From positions 2,912,001-2,976,000 of the forward strand of contig OZ253580.1 of assembly GCA_965263035.1 (NCBI GenBank): a DNA stretch of 64,000 nucleotides, written 5' to 3'. The notes below the pieces were generated by a model. It was not told the DNA's origin. It did not search any database and was given only the letters and a program-made list of their open reading frames with translations. Made by a program: the position numbers and the translations under genes. Source of the DNA: Acidobacteriota bacterium. Lineage in GTDB: Bacteria; Acidobacteriota; UBA6911; RPQK01; JAJDTT01. How positions within the stretch are numbered: the first letter of the stretch is position 1; every line of letters starts with the position of its first letter. This document shows positions 57,480-64,000 of the stretch, in pieces.

Positions 57480-57799
57480 TCGAGTCGAGATAAAGGAATC
57501 ACTTATGGAGACGCCCGCAGGAAAAACGATGGACGACAGTACCTATACTTTGCGCTGCTGGAACGAGTTCAGAATCACCCGGCCTTGACGTCTTTTCACC
57601 TGTCCTGGTCCACGGGCCTCGTGGTGGCCGTCAAGGGTTAGGATCGGAGATCATAGACGGGCGTTTCCTGCCCCTGCCGAGATGAACTCCGGACGGTCAA
57701 CTCTCCCGCTCCTGATCCGAACCATGCCGGAACGAAACCGAAAGATACGGAACTCTCCCTCGCTTCGACTGCCCATCCACATACCACGAATGGACCTCG

Positions 57800-58147
57800 T
57801 CAACTGTCGATGAGCCGGGTCAGCATGTGCCGGACGTGATCCTGTCCCCCGAAGAACACTGCCAGGAGACGTACGCTCTCGTTTTCTTCATCGACGTCAA
57901 ACCAGTAAATCGCACGATTGATCGTCAGATGCCGCAGTCCCGGCAGAATATCGTCGTGACGTTCGCCTCGGTGCGGCGCAGTCAAAATGCGATCAGCGGT
58001 CGCACGGATTTCCAGAACCCGTGCCTCGGCATGCTCGATCGCATTCTCTGCACTCTCGCCGAAGCTGATGTAGCTTTCGAGGAGATGGTCGAATATCAGC
58101 CCGAAATCTCGTTCGGCCTCCGCCGAAAACTCAAGCTGAAACGCCAT
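57800..58147 (-). CDS. ParE/RelE-family toxin
   Basis: FSAEAERDF...PHRGERHDDILPGLRH...VFFGGQDH. Confidence 0.87.
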   Translation of the reverse strand: MAFQLEFSAEAERDFGLIFDHLLESYISFGESAENAIEHAEARVLEIRATADRILTAPHRGERHDDILPGLRHLTINRAIYWFDVDEENESVRLLAVFFGGQDHVRHMLTRLIDS

Positions 58148-58406
58148 GGGTACGGCGTTTGTCGGCAAGCATCCTGCTCAACCGCTCGTCCATTTCTTCC
58201 GCTCCGACAAACTCGCCGGACCGGCGGCGGGACAGGAGTTCGTAAAGCGCCCTGCGCTCCAGGTCTTCGACTTCCAAACGCTGTCGCAGTTGTTCAATAC
58301 CTTGCTGAATGACCGCGCTGACACTCGCGTACCGCCCGGTGTCCACCAACGCCCTGGCAAAGGCGTGTTGCTCATCTGTGAGAGAGATCGAGGATTTAAC
58401 CGTCAA
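58131..58406 (-). CDS. ParD-like (RHH) antitoxin
   Basis: TTG start after AGGAGG; SISLTDEQHAF...GRYASVSAVIQQG; overlaps toxin. Confidence 0.85.
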   Translation of the reverse strand: MTVKSSISLTDEQHAFARALVDTGRYASVSAVIQQGIEQLRQRLEVEDLERRALYELLSRRRSGEFVGAEEMDERLSRMLADKRRTHGVSA

Positions 58407-58427
58407 GAGGCACCCTCCTGGCGCTAC

Positions 58428-58447
58428 GGTAGCACTGGGTAGCACTG
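58428..58447. promoter_or_regulatory. tandem 10-bp repeat, probable antitoxin operator
   Basis: GGTAGCACTG twice, directly upstream of the antitoxin RBS. Confidence 0.6.
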
Positions 58448-58493
58448 ACAGCAATCCGTGTCCGGGACGATTGTCGGCCTGGAACCTTTCCCC

Positions 58494-59807
58494 CTACGCC
58501 AAAGGAAGCACCAGCAAGGCTCTGCAGCCTGGCGTCTCCTTCCGGTTGGTCAGGCTGAGGAAGCCGCCGTGGGCTTCCTCGATCTGCCGGGCCAGGACCA
58601 GGCCGATGCCGCTTCCCTGGGGCTTGGTGGTGAAGAAGGGGACGAACAGGTTGGCGGTGTCGGCCAGTCCCTTCCCCTCGTCCTCCACCGAGACTTCCAA
58701 CTGGTCGCCGACCCGTCTCCAGCCGATGCTGGCGCCCCCTCCGGTCTCCGCGACGGCGTCGACGGCGTTCCGGACCAGGTTGATCAGCAGTTGCTCCAAC
58801 TGATCCGGGTCGGCCCGAACTCGGACCGGCCGGCCGGCTCGAATCGCCACTGGCATCCGGGTCTCCAGACTCACTACCTTGCGGACCGAGTTCTCGATGG
58901 AGACCGGACGCTTGTTCGGGGCCGGCAGCCGGGCGAGCCGGGAATAGGCGCCCATGAACCGGCTCAGCGCCTGGGACCGGGAGGAGATGACGTGCAGGCC
59001 CTCCCGCAGGTCCTGCTCCCGGTCCGAGTTCGAAAGGTCCTTCTCCAAGAGGGATTCGAGACTCCCGGCGATAGACTTGATGGGGGTCAACGAGTTGTTC
59101 AACTCGTGTCCCAACACCCGGATCAGACGCCGCCAGGCTTGCCGCTCCTCCTCTCGCAGGGTCTGGTTCAGGTCCGCCAGGACCACCAAATGATGTGGCC
59201 TCCCCTCCTCGCGAAACACGGTCCGGCGCATTCCCCAGCGGCCGCTGCCTCCGGGCAAATGGATTCGGAGTGTCCGGACCGGCGCTCCCTTCAGGCAGTC
59301 CTTCAGATCCAGCTCCGCCGCCCTCTTCTCCAGCGCTTCCCCTCCCGGAATTCCCAGGAGCCTCTGGCCGGTCCGGTTGATGAGGCGCAGGCGCTGTCCG
59401 TCGTCGAACGCGAAGACCGCCACGTCGATCTCCTTCATCACCTTTTGCAGCAGGGCGGCCGCCTCGACCGCTCCCAGGCGTTGCCGGCGCAGGACCTCGC
59501 CCAGGACGTTCAGTTCCGCGGCGAACTCGCCCAGTCCCTTGTCCGCTCCGGCCCGGGCCCGGATGGAGAAGTCCCCTTCACGAAGCGCCGAGACCACGTT
59601 GGCGAGGGTCTGAAACTGAAACGTCAACTTCCGGTACAGCAGGATCAGGCCGCCCGCCAAGGCTCCCACGGACAGCAGCGAGAGGCCGTAGCGCACGCGC
59701 GGCTCGTGATCGCCGGTCCAGAGCAGGACCAGCAGTGCGGCGCAGGCGGGGAGGGCGGCGGCAAGGGAGATCAGGATGATCCGCGCCTGGAAGCCGAGCC
59801 GGTTCAT
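58494..59807 (-). CDS. NtrY/NtrB-like sensor histidine kinase
   Basis: Two TM helices; HELNNSLTPI, NLVRNA, DEGKG, FFTTK, GSGIGL. Confidence 0.93.
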   Translation of the reverse strand: MNRLGFQARIILISLAAALPACAALLVLLWTGDHEPRVRYGLSLLSVGALAGGLILLYRKLTFQFQTLANVVSALREGDFSIRARAGADKGLGEFAAELNVLGEVLRRQRLGAVEAAALLQKVMKEIDVAVFAFDDGQRLRLINRTGQRLLGIPGGEALEKRAAELDLKDCLKGAPVRTLRIHLPGGSGRWGMRRTVFREEGRPHHLVVLADLNQTLREEERQAWRRLIRVLGHELNNSLTPIKSIAGSLESLLEKDLSNSDREQDLREGLHVISSRSQALSRFMGAYSRLARLPAPNKRPVSIENSVRKVVSLETRMPVAIRAGRPVRVRADPDQLEQLLINLVRNAVDAVAETGGGASIGWRRVGDQLEVSVEDEGKGLADTANLFVPFFTTKPQGSGIGLVLARQIEEAHGGFLSLTNRKETPGCRALLVLPLA

Positions 59808-61174
59808 AGCCCGAGTTTTTCCATCCGCCGGTAGAGGGCGGTCCGGCTCATTCCCAGGCTTCGAGCGGCTCGGCTCACGTTGCCGCCAGTGCGGGCCAGG
59901 GCCTTGCCGATCAGAACGCCTTCAGCTTCCTCCAGGGTCATCATTTCCAGAGGATTCGAATACGGCGAGTCCGCCGGCAGGCTCAGGTCCTGGACCGAAA
60001 TGGAGGACTCCCGGGCGAGCAGGACGGAGCGTTCCACCACATGGCTGAGCTCCCGGACGTTTCCCGGCCAGGAGTAGTGGGCCAGGGCAGCCAGGGCCGG
60101 TTCGCTGAAACCGTCCAGCGGTTTCCGGTATTTCTGGTTGTAGCGGCCCAGGAAGTGGTTGGCCAAGAGGAGGATGTCCTCGCCCCGGTCTCTCAACGGA
60201 GGAAGGCGGATCTCCACCGTGTTGAGCCGGAACAGGAGGTCCTCCCGGAACCGGCCGCGGGCCACCTCCCGCCTCAGGTCGGCGTTGGTGGCCGACAGCA
60301 CCCGCACGTCGACGTGTTTGGTGCGGGAGGAGCCGACGCGCTGCATCTCTCCGCTCTCCAGGACTCGGAGGAGGTTGGCCTGCTGGCTCACGGGGATGCT
60401 GGAGATCTCGTCCAACAGCAGCGTGCCCCCGTCGGCCAGTTCGAAGCGCCCGATGCGGTCCGTTCGGGCATCGGTGAAGGCGCCCTTGACGTGCCCGAAC
60501 ATCTCGCTGACGAAGACGCCTTCGGAAAGGCCTCCCAGGTTGACGGCCACCAGAGGCTTGGAGGAGCGTGCCGAGACCGAGTGCAAGGTCCGGGCCACCA
60601 CTTCCTTGCCGGTGCCGTGCTCGCCGGTGATCAGCACATGAGCGTCGGAGGGACCCACGCGGGCGATCAGATCCAGGACCGGCCGCATGACTGAGGACTG
60701 GGTAATCAGGCGTACGTGTTGCCGGGAGCGGAGGACGCGGTTCTCCTCCTCCAGCCGCCGTCCCTGACGCAACGCCCGCCGGAGCTCGATCTGATTCCTC
60801 AAGACGGTAAGGAGGCGCTCGTTCTCCCAGGGTTTCTGGAGGAAGTCCCGGGCGCCGCGCCGCATGGCCTCCACGGCCAGGTCGATGGTGCCCCAGGCGG
60901 TCATCACCACCACCCGCAGCGAGCCGTCCGACGCCAGCAACCGGGTCAGGAGATCGAGCCCCTCCCGGCCCGAAGTGGTGTCCCGGGCGTAGTTCATGTC
61001 CATCAGGATGACGTCGAGGTCGAGACGCCGGGCGCACTCGAGGACGCGCGCGGGAGTGTCGGCGGTGGTGATTTCGTAATCTTCGCTCTTCAGAAGTAGC
61101 CGGAGGGAATGGAGCACGTTGGCCTGATCGTCGGCAATCAGGACACGGGGTTTCTTGGGGCGGGTTGTTGGCAT
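59804..61174 (-). CDS. sigma-54-dependent response regulator (NtrC family)
   Basis: Receiver domain; GEHGTGKE, GAFTDA, FREDLLFRLN, WPGNVREL; Fis HTH. Confidence 0.95.
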   Translation of the reverse strand: MPTTRPKKPRVLIADDQANVLHSLRLLLKSEDYEITTADTPARVLECARRLDLDVILMDMNYARDTTSGREGLDLLTRLLASDGSLRVVVMTAWGTIDLAVEAMRRGARDFLQKPWENERLLTVLRNQIELRRALRQGRRLEEENRVLRSRQHVRLITQSSVMRPVLDLIARVGPSDAHVLITGEHGTGKEVVARTLHSVSARSSKPLVAVNLGGLSEGVFVSEMFGHVKGAFTDARTDRIGRFELADGGTLLLDEISSIPVSQQANLLRVLESGEMQRVGSSRTKHVDVRVLSATNADLRREVARGRFREDLLFRLNTVEIRLPPLRDRGEDILLLANHFLGRYNQKYRKPLDGFSEPALAALAHYSWPGNVRELSHVVERSVLLARESSISVQDLSLPADSPYSNPLEMMTLEEAEGVLIGKALARTGGNVSRAARSLGMSRTALYRRMEKLGL

Positions 61175-61202
61175 CGTCTTCGTAGCTCAGGTCCGCTGGG
61201 AA

Positions 61203-63719
61203 TCATTCATGGCGCAGCGCCTCCATGGGTTCCAATCGGATGATGCCGTAGGCGGGGACCCAGCTCGCCAAAAGAGACGCGGCCACGACTACCAGAGAGG
61301 CGACTAGATAAGTTACCGGATCCAACGCGTCCAAATCGGACACGAAATGCCCGATCAGTCGGCTCAAGCCGATTGCCGCACCAACGCCGATGGAGAGACC
61401 GATGACAACCAGCACCATCGCTCGCTTGAGGATCAGCCAAGCCGTGTGACCGCGCCTTGCTCCCATGGCCAGCCGAACCGCGATCTCGCGGGTCCGGCGA
61501 ATGACCGAGTGGGAGAGGACTCCATACAATCCAACCGAGGCCAATGTCAAAGTCAGAAGGCCGCAAGCACCGAACAGGAAGTTCACGAACAGCCACGGAG
61601 CTACGTTTTCTGCAATCGTGTCCGACAAGGAAGATGGGCCGTAAGTCGGCAAATCCGGGTCCAGTTCGCGCACGGCCCGGCGCATGGTGGCGACCGTTTC
61701 GGAAGTCTGTTGTCGGGAGCGCGCCATGAGGGTGAAGCTTCCTTGATATCGCTGGAGCAACGAAAAGTACACATACGGCTTTTGGCCGCCGCCGAGCCGT
61801 CGGTATTGGATCTTTCCGGCGACTCCCACCACCTCCCAGCTTCCTGACCCGGAAAAGATCTGTTTTCCAATGGGATCGGCGTTGGGCCAGAGTCGTTCAG
61901 CCACCGGCTGACTGATGATAGCGACTGGCTGGAAGTCCTGGTCGTCTGTCCAGCGAAAGTCGCGACCCCGGACCAGGGGCATTCGGACGGTCTCGAAGTA
62001 TTTGGGCCCAATGGAGTTGACTTCGACTGCAACCCCCCGTTCTCTGCTATTTAGCCCGACGTTAGCCCCTGCCGATCTATTGGCGGCAGGAGCGAACTGC
62101 GCCAGCGTCGCGGACTCCACGCTTGGTGCCGTTTCCACACGTCGCAGGAGTTGTCTCAAGAAAAGGGCTCCTCGCGTTTCGTCGTACCCTTGTGTAGCCA
62201 TGTCTACCGACAGTGTGCTCACATTCGCGGGCTCGAACCCCGGATCCAGAGCGAGCCGATTTCCGAGGGTGCGGATAGACAACCCTGCCACGACCAGCAG
62301 TGTAAAGGACAAGGCCACCTGAAGGATGACCAGGAAGTGCCGCCAGCGCCCCGACCGTAACCGACCGTAACGCTCCGTGGACTTGAGTTCCGAGAACAGG
62401 TCGATTCGGCTGGACTGTACCGCTGGAACGAGGCCGAAGACAATGGCTGTCGTCAGTGTGAGGAACAGAGTGAACAATAGCGTGCGGTTGTCCAGGTCGA
62501 GACCGACGTTCAGCAGGTCCAACCGGAGGAGATGGCTCGGGACCGAGAATAAAGACACCATTGCCATAAACCAGGGCCCCACCAGGATGGCGGCGGCGCC
62601 TCCAGCCAGAAAGAGCACGGCCGTCTCGGTAAGGAGGTAGCGCGCCAAACGTTGCCGGCTGGCACCGGCAGCCAGCCGGATGGCCATCTCGAGCCTCCTT
62701 CCCCTGGCGCGAGAGAGAAGAAGATTGGCGACGTTGGTGCAAGCGATCAAGAGCACGGAACCCATGATCGCACCCAGGATGATGCCTGTGAGCTGGATTT
62801 GGGATTGCTCATTTTGGCCAATCGTTCCCCGGTGGTTTGGCCCCAAGCGCAGGATTCGATTTTTCCAGCCGGGATCTTCGAGTGCCAGTTGGGGGACAAT
62901 GGCGGCCAAACTGGATTGGGCACTTTCCAGGGTCATATCGGGTTTGAGACGTCCGATCATTCTCAGCCAACTGTAGTTGGGATTGTCGAGGCGATTCGGC
63001 GGCCAGACTTGTGGCTGCATCATCATAGGCACCCAAACGTCCGCACTTCCCCCGGAGAATCCTTTGAAACGCTTTGGCACGACTCCTATCAGCGTGAATG
63101 GATGACCGTTCACTTTGACGGTTTTTCCGACAACCTCTCGACTGCGGTGAAACCGCTCTCGCCAGAGGCGATCACTGATCATGGCCACCGGATGACGCCC
63201 GGGAGTTTGTCCCTCCTCCGGCAGAAAGCCCCGACCGACGCTGGGTTCGATCCCAAGGACCTCGGTGAAGTTTGCGGACACCATCTCTCCGTTAAGCCTT
63301 TCCGTGAATCCATCGGCACTAAGGTGGACGCTGAACAGGCTCCAGGCAATCAGACCGGAGAAAGCTTGGTTGGCTTCCCTGATTGTGAGATAGACGGGGA
63401 AGGGAAAACCTTGGTTATGGCTATCTTGCCGACCTCGAATAGCAGACCCGAGACTCACGATCTGGCGGGGATTCGGTACCGGTAGCGGACGAAAACCAAG
63501 GGTGTCGACCAGAGTGAAGACCGCGGTATTCACACCGATCCCGAGAGCCAAAGTTACGATGGCTACAATCGTGAAACCAGGATTCCTGGCCAGCGTCCGA
63601 AACGAGAGCCTGACGTCTCTGACGGTGTCCTCCACGTAAAGCGACAGACTCCGCGATCTCTCCTTCTTCTTCTGCCCGTCGTCTGTGGAAGATGTCGCCC
63701 TCTGGCGTCGATCCCTCAT
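61203..63719 (-). CDS. MacB-like duplicated ABC permease (ADOP type)
   Basis: TLALGIGVNTAVF, LIACTNVANLLL, RRLEMAIRLAAGA, RTREIAVRLAMGA, PMEALRHE. Confidence 0.93.
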   Translation of the reverse strand: MRDRRQRATSSTDDGQKKKERSRSLSLYVEDTVRDVRLSFRTLARNPGFTIVAIVTLALGIGVNTAVFTLVDTLGFRPLPVPNPRQIVSLGSAIRGRQDSHNQGFPFPVYLTIREANQAFSGLIAWSLFSVHLSADGFTERLNGEMVSANFTEVLGIEPSVGRGFLPEEGQTPGRHPVAMISDRLWRERFHRSREVVGKTVKVNGHPFTLIGVVPKRFKGFSGGSADVWVPMMMQPQVWPPNRLDNPNYSWLRMIGRLKPDMTLESAQSSLAAIVPQLALEDPGWKNRILRLGPNHRGTIGQNEQSQIQLTGIILGAIMGSVLLIACTNVANLLLSRARGRRLEMAIRLAAGASRQRLARYLLTETAVLFLAGGAAAILVGPWFMAMVSLFSVPSHLLRLDLLNVGLDLDNRTLLFTLFLTLTTAIVFGLVPAVQSSRIDLFSELKSTERYGRLRSGRWRHFLVILQVALSFTLLVVAGLSIRTLGNRLALDPGFEPANVSTLSVDMATQGYDETRGALFLRQLLRRVETAPSVESATLAQFAPAANRSAGANVGLNSRERGVAVEVNSIGPKYFETVRMPLVRGRDFRWTDDQDFQPVAIISQPVAERLWPNADPIGKQIFSGSGSWEVVGVAGKIQYRRLGGGQKPYVYFSLLQRYQGSFTLMARSRQQTSETVATMRRAVRELDPDLPTYGPSSLSDTIAENVAPWLFVNFLFGACGLLTLTLASVGLYGVLSHSVIRRTREIAVRLAMGARRGHTAWLILKRAMVLVVIGLSIGVGAAIGLSRLIGHFVSDLDALDPVTYLVASLVVVAASLLASWVPAYGIIRLEPMEALRHE

Positions 63720-63754
63720 CCATGCACCTCCTAATGGCCGCTTGCAGGAGTGTT

Positions 63755-64000
63755 CTACGTTGCCTCGTCCTCGTCGACGATCTGCCCGTCGAAGAGGTGC
63801 ACGGACCGCTCGGCATGATCGGCGTACCGGGGATCGTGGGTGACGATGCAAATGGTGGCGCCTTCCCGGTGCAGCTCGTCTAGAAGCCCCATGACGGCTC
63901 CACCGTTTCTGGAGTCCAGATTTCCGGTGGGCTCGTCCGCCAGGAGGATCGCCGGTCGTCCCACCAGGGCCCGTGCCACCGCCACGCGCTGTTGTTGACC
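63755..64000 (-). CDS. ABC transporter ATP-binding protein (LolD/MacB type), partial
   Basis: GQQQRVAVARAL...LADEPTGNLD...VTHD; runs off right edge. Confidence 0.92.
   Translation of the reverse strand, partial: GQQQRVAVARALVGRPAILLADEPTGNLDSRNGGAVMGLLDELHREGATICIVTHDPRYADHAERSVHLFDGQIVDEDEAT

Overview
GC-rich bacterial chromosome segment, most likely Acidobacteriota (inferred from the ADOP-type permease and the cox/bc gene arrangement). About 1-19.8 kb is a mosaic genomic island. It holds an IS1595 element with a passenger gene, a Xer-like tyrosine recombinase with a dif-like site, and an atypical tRNA-Leu(UAA) next to a cryptic rep-like/zinc-finger operon. It also holds an internally deleted IS1182, a broken type I HsdR, an intact type ISP R-M enzyme, a HEPN fragment, AlpA and a P4-type integrase with a tRNA-Ser-like att remnant at about 19.77 kb. 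The rest is mainly housekeeping: DUF4143 ATPase, pyrE, NRAMP-like transporter, ClpX-like ATPase, MFS, a doubly frameshifted queA, an RpoH-like sigma factor, thrC and lutABC-queD-queC. It continues with an acyl-ACP synthetase/radical SAM/metallophosphoesterase operon, a 14-kb aa3 oxidase + Rieske/cytochrome b + octaheme cytochrome cluster, ParDE, a sigma-54 two-component system and ABC genes. Two families of ~160-bp MITEs occur twice each. No CRISPR array or rRNA was seen. All calls come from reading the sequence by eye; no database searches were run.
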